In this document: positions 50,944 to 61,846 of the stretch, one piece after another
Numbering within the stretch: position 1 is the stretch's first letter
Layout of the letters: every line of letters begins with the position of its first letter
Assembly (NCBI GenBank): GCA_902585045.1
Contig: CACICB010000005.1
Span: 317 to 64,316 of the forward strand
Direction: 5' to 3'
DNA length: 64,000 nt
Origin: an uncultured Pelagibacteraceae bacterium
GTDB taxonomy: Bacteria; Pseudomonadota; Alphaproteobacteria; Pelagibacterales; Pelagibacteraceae
The notes under the pieces: generated by a model
What the model saw: only the letters and a program-made list of their open reading frames with translations
The model's database searches: none
Told to the model about the DNA's origin: nothing
Position numbers and translations under genes: made by a program

Positions 50944-51386
50944 TGAAAGCTAAAAACTTAAAATTAATAGCAAGAACTGTGGAAGATTTGAGGGTTGTTT
51001 CTGCACATTTACAAGATGCTATAGTAAATATAAACGATATTGCAAATTTAGAAAAAAATAAAATTTTACTCCTTCAATTAAATAGATTTATGTGGGAAGA
51101 CGTTGAAAAAGGAGTATTTAGGAAAAATAAGAGAATTCGAACAATTTTAAAATTCGAAAATGTTATGAAAGTTAATTCAAAAAATATCAATCAAGTGAAT
51201 AAAGATAAATTTTTGGATTTTCTTACTATTGAAACAAATCTGATGACTGATAATAACTATGAAATGAAAATATTATTTTCTGGTGACTCAATAATAAAAG
51301 TTATTTCAGAAGTAATTGAAGTAACATTAGATGATCAAGGTGAGGCCTGGGATACAAAAAATAAACCTAAACATAAGGTAATATAA
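50943..51386 (+). CDS. DUF2948 family protein
   Basis: EDLRVVSAHLQDA, NRFMWE; between murA and hisD as in Alphaproteobacteria. Confidence 0.85.
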   Translation: MKAKNLKLIARTVEDLRVVSAHLQDAIVNINDIANLEKNKILLLQLNRFMWEDVEKGVFRKNKRIRTILKFENVMKVNSKNINQVNKDKFLDFLTIETNLMTDNNYEMKILFSGDSIIKVISEVIEVTLDDQGEAWDTKNKPKHKVI

Positions 51387-52684
51387 TGTTAAAATTTTTT
51401 AATGCTGATAAAAAAAACTCACTTAAAAAGTTAGAAGAAATTTTAAATTCAAGAAAGATTAAACAAAAAATTCAAACTTCTAAAGTTAGAGAAATAATAC
51501 TTAATGTAAAAAAAAATGGCGATAAAGCAATAATTAATTACGAAAAAAAATTTTCAAATATAAAAACTAATTCAAAAAAAATAAGATTTTCTAAAAATGA
51601 GATAAATAATATTTCAAAAAAAATCGATAAAAAACTTAAAAGATCAATAGATCTTGCTTTTTCAAGAATTAAATTATTCCATTCAAAGCAAAAATTTTTA
51701 CCATTTAAATTTAAAGATAATTATAAAAATGAACTTGCCTACAATTACTCACCAATTGAAAATGTTGGTGTATATGTACCTGGAGGGATTGCAAGTTATC
51801 CAAGCACGGTTTTGATGAACTGTATACCTGCCATAGTTGCTGGAGTGAAAAATATTTATCTTACAACCCCATCATTAGACTCATTAATTAATCCAGCAAT
51901 TATATATGCAGCAAAAAAATGTGGTGTTAAAGAAATTTATAAAACTGGTGGAGCTCATTCGATAGCTGCTTTTGCCTATGGAACTAAAAGTTTTAAAAAA
52001 GTTGACAAAATTGTTGGCCCAGGAAATGCTTTCGTAGCGTCAGCTAAGAAAGAGGTATTTGGAGATGTTGGAATCGATATGGTTGCAGGACCATCAGAAG
52101 TAAGCATAGTTGCTGATAAAAATTCAGAGCCAGATTGGATAGCTTCAGATTTGATTGCCCAAGCAGAACATGATGTTTTTGCTCAATCTATTTTAATTTC
52201 AGATAACAAAAGTTTAATCAAATTAGTAAATTTAAACTTAAAACAACAGCTTAAAAATTTACCCAAAAAAAATATAGCATCAAAGAGCCTAAAAAATTAT
52301 GGATTAGCCATTTACTCTAGAAGCAAAAATATAATATCAGATGTAGTTAATATGATTGCTCCTGAACATTTAGAAATTAATTATAGAGATTACAAAAAAA
52401 TTTTAAAAAAAATCAAAAATGCTGGATCTATTTTCATTGGGAAGTTTTCACCAGAGGCAATGGGTGACTATATGGCAGGCCCTAACCACGTACTGCCTAC
52501 TTCAGGATCAGCAAAATTTTCCTCAGGTTTATCAGTAAGTGATTTTTTAAAACGACAGTCAGTAATAAAAATAACAAAATCAGGTATTGAAAGATTGGGG
52601 CCATCAGTTATAAATTTAGCTAAGCATGAAAATTTAGAGGGTCATGCTAATTCTATTAAAATAAGATTAAAAAAAAAGGGATAA
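51386..52684 (+). CDS. hisD: Histidinol dehydrogenase
   Basis: [39 protein letters not shown]. Confidence 0.97.
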   Translation: MLKFFNADKKNSLKKLEEILNSRKIKQKIQTSKVREIILNVKKNGDKAIINYEKKFSNIKTNSKKIRFSKNEINNISKKIDKKLKRSIDLAFSRIKLFHSKQKFLPFKFKDNYKNELAYNYSPIENVGVYVPGGIASYPSTVLMNCIPAIVAGVKNIYLTTPSLDSLINPAIIYAAKKCGVKEIYKTGGAHSIAAFAYGTKSFKKVDKIVGPGNAFVASAKKEVFGDVGIDMVAGPSEVSIVADKNSEPDWIASDLIAQAEHDVFAQSILISDNKSLIKLVNLNLKQQLKNLPKKNIASKSLKNYGLAIYSRSKNIISDVVNMIAPEHLEINYRDYKKILKKIKNAGSIFIGKFSPEAMGDYMAGPNHVLPTSGSAKFSSGLSVSDFLKRQSVIKITKSGIERLGPSVINLAKHENLEGHANSIKIRLKKKG

Positions 52685-52688
52685 ATAT

Positions 52689-52904
52689 TTGGCTAAACAA
52701 GAAACTTTAGAATTCAAAGGGAAGGTTACGGAATTGCTTCCTAATGCAATGTTTAGAGTTAAATTAGAGAATAATCATGAAATTTTGGCTCACACCTCTG
52801 GTAAACTTAGAAAGAATAGAATAAGAGTGCTAGCAGGCGATAATGTAATGGTTGAAATGACACCTTATGATTTAACTAAAGGTAGAATAACTTTTAGGTT
52901 TTAG
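52689..52904 (+). CDS. infA: Translation initiation factor IF-1
   Basis: [27 protein letters not shown]; TTG start. Confidence 0.97.
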   Translation: MAKQETLEFKGKVTELLPNAMFRVKLENNHEILAHTSGKLRKNRIRVLAGDNVMVEMTPYDLTKGRITFRF

Positions 52905-52978
52905 GCCTTGTAGCTCAGTAGTAGAGCAGTACCCTGAAAAGGTATGTGTCGTAAGTGCGATTCTTACCAAGGCCACCA
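52904..52978 (+). tRNA. tRNA-Phe (GAA), 75 nt, CCA encoded
   Basis: Acceptor GGCCTTG/CAAGGCC-A-CCA, D stem GCTC/GAGC, anticodon arm GTACC-CTGAAAA-GGTAT, T arm GTAAG-TGCGATT-CTTAC. Confidence 0.93.
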
Positions 52979-53031
52979 CTAAGTTATAAATGCACATCGA
53001 AATATTATTGAAAATTTGATAACTTTTTAGA

Positions 53032-54429
53032 ATGGCTAAAAATTTTGGATTAGTTTGGTTAAGAGATGATTTTAGATTTAAAAAAAATCTTGCTTTAGCG
53101 GAAGCTACTAAAAATCATGACAAAGTAGTGGTATTTTTTTTATATAAAAAAAAAAAATTTGATAAACAAGAGGCTCAAAAATGGTGGATTTGCGAATCTC
53201 TTAAAGAATTTAAAAAAAAATTAGTCGATTACAATATCAATCTTGAAATAATTGAAACCAATTCATACAAATCTTTTTTTGAGAAATTATTTAAAGAAAA
53301 AGATTTTTCAATTTATTGGAACAGGATTTATGAACCAAACTATTTAACGTTTGATAAATTTCTAGAAAAAAGCTTTGAAAAAAATCAGATTAAATTTAAA
53401 ATTTTTAAGGGTAATATTTTAAATGAATTTGAAGAAGTAAAGAAAAGTGATGGCACTCCCTTTAAAGTTTTCACCCCTTTCTGGAGGAATGCAGAAAAAT
53501 TTTATACTGAAAAAGTTCCTCCAAGAGAAAAAAAAATATCAAGATGTCAAAAAAAAGTATCTTTTTTCTCAAAAACAATAGATGAGAAAGAAATTTATCC
53601 TAAGCATAAGTGGTTTAAAAAATTTGAGAAATACTGGAATCCAAGTGAAGACAATGCTTTAAAAGAATTAAAGACTTTTATATTTAGTAGAATTCAAAAT
53701 TATTCTGATTCAAGAAATTTTCCAAATTTACTTGGAACTTCAAAGCTTTCTCCTTTTATAAAACATGGACAAATACATGTTGAGACTATATGGGAAGAAT
53801 GTACTAAATTTAAAAATAAAGGGGTTAATAAATTTTTAGCTGAAATAGGCTGGAGAGAGTTTAATCACTCCTTAATAAATTTTTTTCCTCATATGCTTAA
53901 AGGAAATTATTCAAAAAAATTTGATAAATTTCCATGGGAAAAAAATTTGAAACTTTTATCAGCATGGAAAAAAGGATTAACTGGCTATCCGATAGTTGAT
54001 GCTGGAATGAGAGAACTTTATGCAACAGGCTGGATGCATAACAGGGTAAGAATGATAGTTGGATCTTTTCTTGTAAAACATTTATTGATTCATTGGAAAG
54101 AGGGTGAAAAGCATTTTAAAAAATGTTTACTAGATTATAATCAAGCTAATAATGTTTCTGGTTGGCAATGGGTTGCGGGCTGTGGTGCAGATGCTGCACC
54201 TTATTTTAGAATTTTTAACCCAATACTACAGGGTGAAAAATTTGATAAAGATGGAGAGTATGTCAAAAAATGGGTTCCAGAATTAAGGAAAGTTCCAAGG
54301 AAATTTATTCATAAACCATGGGAATTAGTTGACCCAAAAATTTTAAAATTAAATTCAGACTATCCTGCACCAGTAGTAAATCATAACAATGCTAGATCCA
54401 GAGCGCTTGAAGCGTTTAAAAAAATCTAG
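53032..54429 (+). CDS. phrB: Deoxyribodipyrimidine photolyase (class I CPD type)
   Basis: WLRDDFR, TSKLSP, EIGWREF, TGYPIVDAGMREL, MHNRVRM, PYFRIFNP. Confidence 0.93.
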   Translation: MAKNFGLVWLRDDFRFKKNLALAEATKNHDKVVVFFLYKKKKFDKQEAQKWWICESLKEFKKKLVDYNINLEIIETNSYKSFFEKLFKEKDFSIYWNRIYEPNYLTFDKFLEKSFEKNQIKFKIFKGNILNEFEEVKKSDGTPFKVFTPFWRNAEKFYTEKVPPREKKISRCQKKVSFFSKTIDEKEIYPKHKWFKKFEKYWNPSEDNALKELKTFIFSRIQNYSDSRNFPNLLGTSKLSPFIKHGQIHVETIWEECTKFKNKGVNKFLAEIGWREFNHSLINFFPHMLKGNYSKKFDKFPWEKNLKLLSAWKKGLTGYPIVDAGMRELYATGWMHNRVRMIVGSFLVKHLLIHWKEGEKHFKKCLLDYNQANNVSGWQWVAGCGADAAPYFRIFNPILQGEKFDKDGEYVKKWVPELRKVPRKFIHKPWELVDPKILKLNSDYPAPVVNHNNARSRALEAFKKI

Positions 54430-54431
54430 AG

Positions 54432-56981
54432 TTATATATTGCCGTGACAGTGTTTAAATTTTTTTCCTGAGCCACATGGGCACTTATCGTTTCTACCTAC
54501 TTTTTTATAATTAACTTCTTTATTGTCCTCAATACTACCTTCGTTAGATGAAACAACAATATTTAAGTTATACAATATCTTAATTAAATCATTTTTAATT
54601 TTAGATAGAAGTCCTTCAAAAAGAACAAATGCTTCCTTTTTGAACTCCGACAGTGGATCCTTTTGACCATATTGTCTTAATCCAATTACTTGTCTCAACT
54701 GCTCCAAATATTGAAGATGAGAACGCCAGGAAAAATCAATTATTTGAAGAAATATCTTTTTTTCAAGAATCTTATTTTGATCTTCTCCTAAAATATTAAT
54801 TCTACTAATCTTTTTATTTTCAAATAGTTTCCTTAGCTCTTCTATAAATTCTTTTTTTTCTTTCGAAGCTAATTTGTTTAGCTCAATATCGCTTATAACA
54901 TTCCCAATTAAATTTTTAATTTGAGTGAGATATTTTTCATCTTTTGATTTTTGATAATCAGTTATAGCTAGCTCCGAATCTTTCATTATCTCTTCAAAAA
55001 AATCTTTTAATATTTCATTAATGTTATTTGATTTTAATATATTTAATCTTTGAGAAAAAATAACTTGTCTTTGATCATTCATTACATCATCAAATTTAAT
55101 CAAAGTTTTTCTTATATCAAAATTTCTTGTTTCAACCTTTTTTTGAGCTCTTTCCATTGCTTTATTAATCCAAGGATGGTCTATTGATTCATTTTCCTTT
55201 AAACCTAGCTTCTTTAACATGCCATCAATAGAACTACCTCCAAAAATTCTCATTAATTCATCTTGTAAACTTATAAAAAATATTGTGGATCCAGGATCGC
55301 CTTGTCTTCCTGATCTTCCTCTAAGCTGATTATCAATTCTTCTACTTTCATGTCTTTCTGTACCAATTATAAAAAGTCCTCCTAAATCCCTCACTTTTGA
55401 CTCATTTTTTTTGTGTTCATTTAATTTTGTTTCATTAACTTCCTCAATAAAATCTTTATTGCCACCTAATTTAATGTCGGTTCCTCTACCAGCCATATTA
55501 GTTGCAATTGTAACTGATCCAACTTTACCAGCTTCAGCAATAATTCTTGCCTCTTTTTCATGTTGTTTAGCATTTAAAATATTATGCTTAATTTTTTTAT
55601 TTTTTAAATAATCAGAAATTTTTTCTGACTTTTCAATACTTGTAGTTCCTACTAAAATTGGTTGACCTTTTGAATTACATTCAATAATTTTTTTTGTAAT
55701 TGCATTATATTTTTCTATTTCTGTTCTAAAAACTTGATCATTAAAGTCTTTTCTTAACATTTTTTTATTGGTAGGTATTGCAACTACGTTTAATTTATAA
55801 ATATCATAAAATTCTTCTGACTCGGTCATTGCAGTACCTGTCATACCTGCTAATTTTTTATAAAGTCTAAAATAATTTTGGTAGGTAATTGATGCCAGTG
55901 TTTGATTTTCTTCCTGAATTTCTAAATTTTCTTTTGCCTCAATAGCTTGATGTAAACCATCAGAAAATCTCCTTCCACTCAAGACTCTTCCAGTAAATTC
56001 GTCAATTATTTGTACTTTGCCGTTATTTACGATGTAATCAGTGTCTTTTCTAAAAATCAAATTTGCTTTTAAAGCTTGATTAGTGTGATGAACAAGATCT
56101 AAATTTGCTGGATCATAAAAATTATTATTTTTTAAAATATTTTTTTGTAACGCAAGCTTTTCAATTTTATCTACACCGGCATCAGTGAGAATCACATTTT
56201 TATTTTTTTCGTCAAGTTCATAATCTTTTTTTTGTAAATTTTTGATAAATTCATTTGAAGTTGAATAAAGTGTAGTCTTATCTTCTATTTTTCCTGAAAT
56301 AACTAAAGGTGTACGAGACTCATCTATAAGTATACTATCTACTTCATCAACAATACAAAAATTGTGACCCCTTTGAACCATTTCATTGATTTCATATTTC
56401 ATATTATCTCTTAAATAATCAAAACCAAGTTCATTGTTAGTAGCATAAGTAATATCGCAGGCGTAATTTTTTTTTCTTTCGCTATCGTCTAAATTATTGG
56501 TTATACATCCTGTCGATACACCTAGATAACTAAAAACTTTACCCATCCAAGCAGAGTCTCTCAAAGCTAGATAGTCATTTACTGTAACTATATGAACACC
56601 TTTTCCAGTAAGTGAATTTAAATACGCAGGCAAAGTTGAGACAAGAGTTTTTCCCTCCCCAGTTTTCATCTCAGCAATTTTCCCATTGTGTAGTATTATT
56701 CCACCTGATAACTGAACATCATAATGGCGCTCCCCCAAAGTCCTTTTTGCAGCTTCTCTTACTAAAGCAAAAGCTTCAGGAATTATTTCGTTTAATTTTA
56801 AAGAGCCATTTTGAGCTTTTTTTTTAAAATTTGCTGTTTTCTCCTTAAAATCACTTTCAGTGTAGGACTCAATTTCTTTCTCTTTGCTATTGATAGCTAA
56901 AATAATATTTTGAATACTATCTAATTCTTGTTGATTAGAGCTTTTAAATATTTTACTAAAAGTCCTTGTAAATAAATTCAT
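54432..56981 (-). CDS. secA: Preprotein translocase SecA
   Basis: MKTGEGKT, VDEVDSILIDE, ATNMAGRGTDI, C-terminal CPCGSGKKFKHCH. Confidence 0.98.
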   Translation of the reverse strand: MNLFTRTFSKIFKSSNQQELDSIQNIILAINSKEKEIESYTESDFKEKTANFKKKAQNGSLKLNEIIPEAFALVREAAKRTLGERHYDVQLSGGIILHNGKIAEMKTGEGKTLVSTLPAYLNSLTGKGVHIVTVNDYLALRDSAWMGKVFSYLGVSTGCITNNLDDSERKKNYACDITYATNNELGFDYLRDNMKYEINEMVQRGHNFCIVDEVDSILIDESRTPLVISGKIEDKTTLYSTSNEFIKNLQKKDYELDEKNKNVILTDAGVDKIEKLALQKNILKNNNFYDPANLDLVHHTNQALKANLIFRKDTDYIVNNGKVQIIDEFTGRVLSGRRFSDGLHQAIEAKENLEIQEENQTLASITYQNYFRLYKKLAGMTGTAMTESEEFYDIYKLNVVAIPTNKKMLRKDFNDQVFRTEIEKYNAITKKIIECNSKGQPILVGTTSIEKSEKISDYLKNKKIKHNILNAKQHEKEARIIAEAGKVGSVTIATNMAGRGTDIKLGGNKDFIEEVNETKLNEHKKNESKVRDLGGLFIIGTERHESRRIDNQLRGRSGRQGDPGSTIFFISLQDELMRIFGGSSIDGMLKKLGLKENESIDHPWINKAMERAQKKVETRNFDIRKTLIKFDDVMNDQRQVIFSQRLNILKSNNINEILKDFFEEIMKDSELAITDYQKSKDEKYLTQIKNLIGNVISDIELNKLASKEKKEFIEELRKLFENKKISRINILGEDQNKILEKKIFLQIIDFSWRSHLQYLEQLRQVIGLRQYGQKDPLSEFKKEAFVLFEGLLSKIKNDLIKILYNLNIVVSSNEGSIEDNKEVNYKKVGRNDKCPCGSGKKFKHCHGNI

Positions 56982-57025
56982 TATATTTCTATATATGTAT
57001 TTATAATTTAAATTAAATAGTAATT

Positions 57026-58330
57026 ATGACAATAAATATTAAAAATTTTCTTAAAGATAAAACAAAATTATCAAAAATGGGAGAGTTTCAGAATTTAAAG
57101 CAGATTGATGGATTGGAAATGTCATCAATATCTGCAGATTTGTATGGTGATGGAAGAGACGATTTGGCTTTGTTTTATTTTAGTAAAGGTGCGAATTATG
57201 CAAGCTTAACTACAACTAATAGTATAACTTCTGAATTTATTCCTTGGAATAATAATTCTCATAAAAAAATAATAAAAGGTTTATTAGTAAACACAAAAAA
57301 TGCTAACACCTTTACTGGAAAACAAGGAAAAGACGGCATTGATATTTTAGCTAAAAACTTATCAAGAATATTGACTTTAAAAGAGTCTAAATCAAAAAAA
57401 GGCACCAATGAAACTGTAAAAATTAAAGATTTAATATTTGCATCAACAGGTGTCATTGGAGAAGAATTTCCAACTGAAAAAATTAAAGACAGATTGCAGG
57501 AACTAGTTGAGAGACTAAGAGGCGAACATAATAAAATGTATTGGTTAAAAGTAGCTTCAGCTATTATGACTACTGATACTAAACCTAAAATAGCTTCAGA
57601 AGAAATAATCGTAGGAGATGAGCTAATAAGAATTTGTGGCATTGCAAAAGGATCAGGAATGATTGCCCCTAATTTGGCAACAATGCTTTCCTTTATTTTT
57701 ACTAATGTCGACATAAATTCAAATTTATTAAAAACTCTTCTGAAAAGATCAGTGGCCAATTCTTTTAATGCAATTACTGTTGATAGCGACCAATCAACAA
57801 ATGATATGGTATCAATCTTTTCAACTAGGTCATTAAAAATTGGTCATAACTTATCTTTAAATGATAAATTGATACAAAAATTTGAGCTAGCTCTTAAAAA
57901 ACTATGTTTAAATTTAGCAAAACAAGTAGTTGTTGATGGTGAAGGAGCGAAAAAATTTATTACTATAAATGTAATTAATGCAAAATCTTTGGGTAGTGCG
58001 AAAAATATTGCTTTTTCGATTGCTAATTCTCCGCTTTTCAAAACAGCAATTGCTGGTGAAGATCCTAACTGGGGTAGAATTGCAATGGGAATCGGTAAAT
58101 CAGGAGAATTAATAGATCAAAAAAAACTAAAAATAAAAATTGGAAATTTTATTGTTGCTGAAAACGGAAAAATTTCAGAAAGTTACGATGAGAAAAAATT
58201 AAAAGAATATATGGAATGGGATTCAATTGAAATCGAAGTGAATTTAAAATTAGGAAATGATGCGTTCAAGTGTTTTACTTGTGATTTTACACATGATTAT
58301 ATAGATATAAATGCTGACTATAGAAACTAA
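57026..58330 (+). CDS. argJ: Ornithine acetyltransferase/N-acetylglutamate synthase
   Basis: STGVIG, IMTTDT, KGSGMIAPNLATML, DGEGA, DPNWGR. Confidence 0.95.
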   Translation: MTINIKNFLKDKTKLSKMGEFQNLKQIDGLEMSSISADLYGDGRDDLALFYFSKGANYASLTTTNSITSEFIPWNNNSHKKIIKGLLVNTKNANTFTGKQGKDGIDILAKNLSRILTLKESKSKKGTNETVKIKDLIFASTGVIGEEFPTEKIKDRLQELVERLRGEHNKMYWLKVASAIMTTDTKPKIASEEIIVGDELIRICGIAKGSGMIAPNLATMLSFIFTNVDINSNLLKTLLKRSVANSFNAITVDSDQSTNDMVSIFSTRSLKIGHNLSLNDKLIQKFELALKKLCLNLAKQVVVDGEGAKKFITINVINAKSLGSAKNIAFSIANSPLFKTAIAGEDPNWGRIAMGIGKSGELIDQKKLKIKIGNFIVAENGKISESYDEKKLKEYMEWDSIEIEVNLKLGNDAFKCFTCDFTHDYIDINADYRN

Positions 58331-58753
58331 ATGATTAAGTATAATCTTATCTGCGAGAGGGAGCATGAATTTGAAAGTTGGTTTTCAAATTCACGTGAAT
58401 TTGAAAAACTTAAAAAGAAAAAATTACTCGATTGTATATATTGCTCTTCCAAAAAAATTGAAAAATCTATCATGTCCCCGATGATTTCACATTCAACTAA
58501 TCTAGACAAACCTCAAAATAAGTTTGAAAAGGATCTTTTTAAAGAAAAAAAACAGTTACAAAATATAAGAAGATATATTGAAAAAAATTATGAATTTGTT
58601 GGAACAAATTTTAGTAAAAAAGTTAGAGAAATTTTCTACGACAAAAACAGCAAAAAAACAATTTATGGCACAACAACGCCAAAAGAGAGAGAAGAACTAG
58701 CTGAAGAGGGAATAGATTTATTGTCTATACCGTGGATAGATAAAGAGAACTAA
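58331..58753 (+). CDS. DUF1178 family protein
   Basis: MIKYNLIC..HEFESWF, CIYC, IEKSIMSP, LAEEGI. Confidence 0.88.
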   Translation: MIKYNLICEREHEFESWFSNSREFEKLKKKKLLDCIYCSSKKIEKSIMSPMISHSTNLDKPQNKFEKDLFKEKKQLQNIRRYIEKNYEFVGTNFSKKVREIFYDKNSKKTIYGTTTPKEREELAEEGIDLLSIPWIDKEN

Positions 58754-59475
58754 CTCTTCGTACTACAAATAATATAATTAACCGATAAATTATTTGATTT
58801 TTTCCATTTGTTACTCAATGGATTAAATACCAAACCTTTTACTTCTATAGTTTTAAAATTTTCAGATGATAGTTTTTTTTCTAATTCTTCTGGCCTTATA
58901 AACTTGTTCCAATCGTGAGTTCCAATTGGAAGCCATCTTAAGATATATTCTGCGCCAATTATTGCTTTCAAATATGAGGTTATTGTTCGATTTAACGTCG
59001 CAGTGAACATTATTCCATCTTTTTTAAGTAATTTGCTACATGATTTTAAATAAAGTTCAACATCTTCAACATGTTCTATTATTTCTAAATTCAAAATTAT
59101 ATCGAATTCTTCTCTTCCATTAAGTTTTTCAGGAGAGGAATTTAAATAATTTATCTCCAAATTACTTTTCTTTGAATGAATTTTAGCTACATAAATATTT
59201 TTTTCGGAAGCATCAATTCCAGTAACTTTAGCACCTAATCTTGCCATTGGCTCGCTAATTAAACCGCCACCACAACCAATGTCTAGAATCTTTAAATTTT
59301 TAAAAGGATCTATTTCTTTATCAGAAATTTTAAAATATTTTCTTATCATTTGATTTATGTATTCAATTCTAATAGGGTTAAACATATGCAAAGGTTTAAA
59401 TTTACCTTTTACATCCCACCACTCATTGGCTAAACTTGAAAACTTTTGAATTTCCTCTTTATTTATAGTAGTCAT
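58750..59475 (-). CDS. ubiG: Ubiquinone biosynthesis O-methyltransferase
   Basis: WWDVKGKFKPLHMFNPIR, LDIGCGGG, LPIGTHDW. Confidence 0.96.
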   Translation of the reverse strand: MTTINKEEIQKFSSLANEWWDVKGKFKPLHMFNPIRIEYINQMIRKYFKISDKEIDPFKNLKILDIGCGGGLISEPMARLGAKVTGIDASEKNIYVAKIHSKKSNLEINYLNSSPEKLNGREEFDIILNLEIIEHVEDVELYLKSCSKLLKKDGIMFTATLNRTITSYLKAIIGAEYILRWLPIGTHDWNKFIRPEELEKKLSSENFKTIEVKGLVFNPLSNKWKKSNNLSVNYIICSTKS

Positions 59476-59538
59476 ACAATTAAATTATTAAAATAAATTA
59501 CATTATAATCTTTTTTTTATAATATAAAAACTCTGCAA

Positions 59539-60750
59539 ATGGTTAAAAAAGTATTAAAGTTCGGTGGCACTTCAGTTGGATCGATAGATAGAATCCAGCA
59601 TGTAGCTAAAATAATAGAAAAAGAGCATAAAAACGGCAATCAAGTTATCGTTGTTGTATCAGCTATGTCAGGCAAAACTAATGAGTTATTAAATTTATCA
59701 CAAAAAATTTCTAATAATTTTAGTAAAAGAGAACTAGACGTTCTTTTATCTTCTGGTGAACAAATTACCTCAGCTCTTCTAGCTGGCGCGTTAATTAACT
59801 TAAATGTCAAAGCCAAATCATATTTAAATTGGCAAATCCCTATTATCACAGAGGGCGAACACACAAATGCAAGAATTATAAACATTAAAACGAATGAAAT
59901 TAATGAATATTTAAAAAAAAAGGGGGTAGCTATAATTCCTGGTTTTCAAGGAATTTCTACCAATGGCGATATAACTACAATTGGCAGAGGAGGATCTGAT
60001 GCATCTGCAGTAGCTTTAGCAAAAATTTTTAAAACAGATTTTTGTGAAATATATACAGATGTGGATGGAGTTTTTTCATCAGATCCAAAAAAAATTCCTA
60101 TTGCAAAAAAAATAGATAAAATTTCATTTGATGAAATGTTAGAGCTCTCCTCTCTTGGAGCTAAAGTTATGCAATCATCTGCAGTTCAGACTGCAATGAT
60201 TTACGATATTCCATTAGAGGTTAAATCTACATTTACTAATAGAGAAGGAACAAAAATATTTGGGCAAGATAATATTGATTACACAAAAAGTGTTACGGGT
60301 GTGGCATATTCCAAAGACGATGCTAAAATTACCTTGATAGGAGTGGAGGACAAACCAGGTGTAGCAGCAAATATATTTGAACCTTTAAATGAGTCTCAAG
60401 TAAACGTTGATATGGTAATTCAAAATATTTCCTCTGATAGTAGAACTACCGATGTAACTTTTACAATTAAAAGAGATGATCTTCTTAAAACAAAAGATAT
60501 TTTCAAAAAAAATAATAATATAAATTTTGAGAAAATTACCTATAATGATAATGTTGCAAAACTATCTATAGTTGGAGCAGGTATGGTTACTACACCAGGA
60601 GTTACTTATAAGATGTTTAGGGCTTTAGCTGATGAAAAGATAAATATTTTGGCAATATCAACTTCAGAAATAAAGCTATCTGTAATAATTAATGAAGAAA
60701 ATATTTTAAATGCAGTAAAAAAATTACATACTGTTTTTGATTTAGATTAA
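59539..60750 (+). CDS. lysC: Aspartate kinase
   Basis: KFGGTSV, VVSAM, GRGGSD, TDVDG, two ACT domains. Confidence 0.96.
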   Translation: MVKKVLKFGGTSVGSIDRIQHVAKIIEKEHKNGNQVIVVVSAMSGKTNELLNLSQKISNNFSKRELDVLLSSGEQITSALLAGALINLNVKAKSYLNWQIPIITEGEHTNARIINIKTNEINEYLKKKGVAIIPGFQGISTNGDITTIGRGGSDASAVALAKIFKTDFCEIYTDVDGVFSSDPKKIPIAKKIDKISFDEMLELSSLGAKVMQSSAVQTAMIYDIPLEVKSTFTNREGTKIFGQDNIDYTKSVTGVAYSKDDAKITLIGVEDKPGVAANIFEPLNESQVNVDMVIQNISSDSRTTDVTFTIKRDDLLKTKDIFKKNNNINFEKITYNDNVAKLSIVGAGMVTTPGVTYKMFRALADEKINILAISTSEIKLSVIINEENILNAVKKLHTVFDLD

Positions 60751-60751
60751 A

Positions 60752-61843
60752 ATGGAAATAAGACCTCATAGAATCATTAAAAGAAAAAAAACAAGAATAA
60801 TAAATGTTGGAAAAATTAAGGTTGGTGGTGACTCACCAATAAGCGTCCAATCAATGACCAATACACTAACAACTGATATAAAAAAAACAATAAATCAGAT
60901 TCATGCTTTGGAAGAAGCAGGCGCAGATATTGTGAGAGTAGCTTGTCCAGATAAAGCCTCTACTCTAGCATTAAAAACAATATCTAAGGAAGTAGGCGCT
61001 CCTATAGTTGCAGATATACATTTTCATTACAAAAGAGCTATTGAAGCCGCAGAGATGGGTGCAAGTTGTTTAAGAATTAATCCTGGAAATATTGGAAATC
61101 GAGAGAGAATAATTGAAGTTATCAAAGCGGCTAAAGATAACAATTGTTCAATAAGAATAGGAGTTAATGCCGGGTCTTTAGATAAAAATTTATTAGAAAA
61201 GTATAAGGAACCTTGCCCCGAAGCACTTGTCGAAAGCGCAAAATATAATATTCAACTATTTGAAGATAATGATTTTTTCGATTTCAAGATAAGTGTTAAA
61301 TCATCAGATATATTTTTAACAGTAAAAGCTTATAAAGAACTCTCAAAGATATGTGATTATCCATTACATCTTGGTGTGACTGAAGCCGGAGGATTATTTA
61401 CGGGCAGTATAAAATCATCCATTGGTATTGGCCAACTTTTAATGGATGGAATTGGAGACACAATAAGAGTATCTCTCTCATCAGACCCAGTTGATGAGGT
61501 AAAGGCAGGATTTGAAATTCTCAAATCTTTAGGAATACGTTCTAGAGGTGTAAATATTATATCTTGTCCATCTTGTGCTAGACAAGCTTTCCCAGTAATA
61601 GAAACTGTTAAAGAATTAGAAAAAAAATTAGCTCATATAAAAAAACCAATTAACTTATCCATAATTGGATGTGTTGTTAACGGGCCTGGAGAAGCGGCTC
61701 AAACAGAGATAGGTTTGACTGGAGGAGGGCAAGATAGTAATTTATTATATCTTAAAGGATTACCGCACACAAAAGTACCCAACTCAAAAATTATTGATAA
61801 AATAGTAGAACTTGTGGAGAATAAAGTAAAAGATAAATTCTGA
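60752..61843 (+). CDS. ispG: HMBPP synthase
   Basis: [33 protein letters not shown]. Confidence 0.97.
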   Translation: MEIRPHRIIKRKKTRIINVGKIKVGGDSPISVQSMTNTLTTDIKKTINQIHALEEAGADIVRVACPDKASTLALKTISKEVGAPIVADIHFHYKRAIEAAEMGASCLRINPGNIGNRERIIEVIKAAKDNNCSIRIGVNAGSLDKNLLEKYKEPCPEALVESAKYNIQLFEDNDFFDFKISVKSSDIFLTVKAYKELSKICDYPLHLGVTEAGGLFTGSIKSSIGIGQLLMDGIGDTIRVSLSSDPVDEVKAGFEILKSLGIRSRGVNIISCPSCARQAFPVIETVKELEKKLAHIKKPINLSIIGCVVNGPGEAAQTEIGLTGGGQDSNLLYLKGLPHTKVPNSKIIDKIVELVENKVKDKF

Positions 61844-61846
61844 TTT

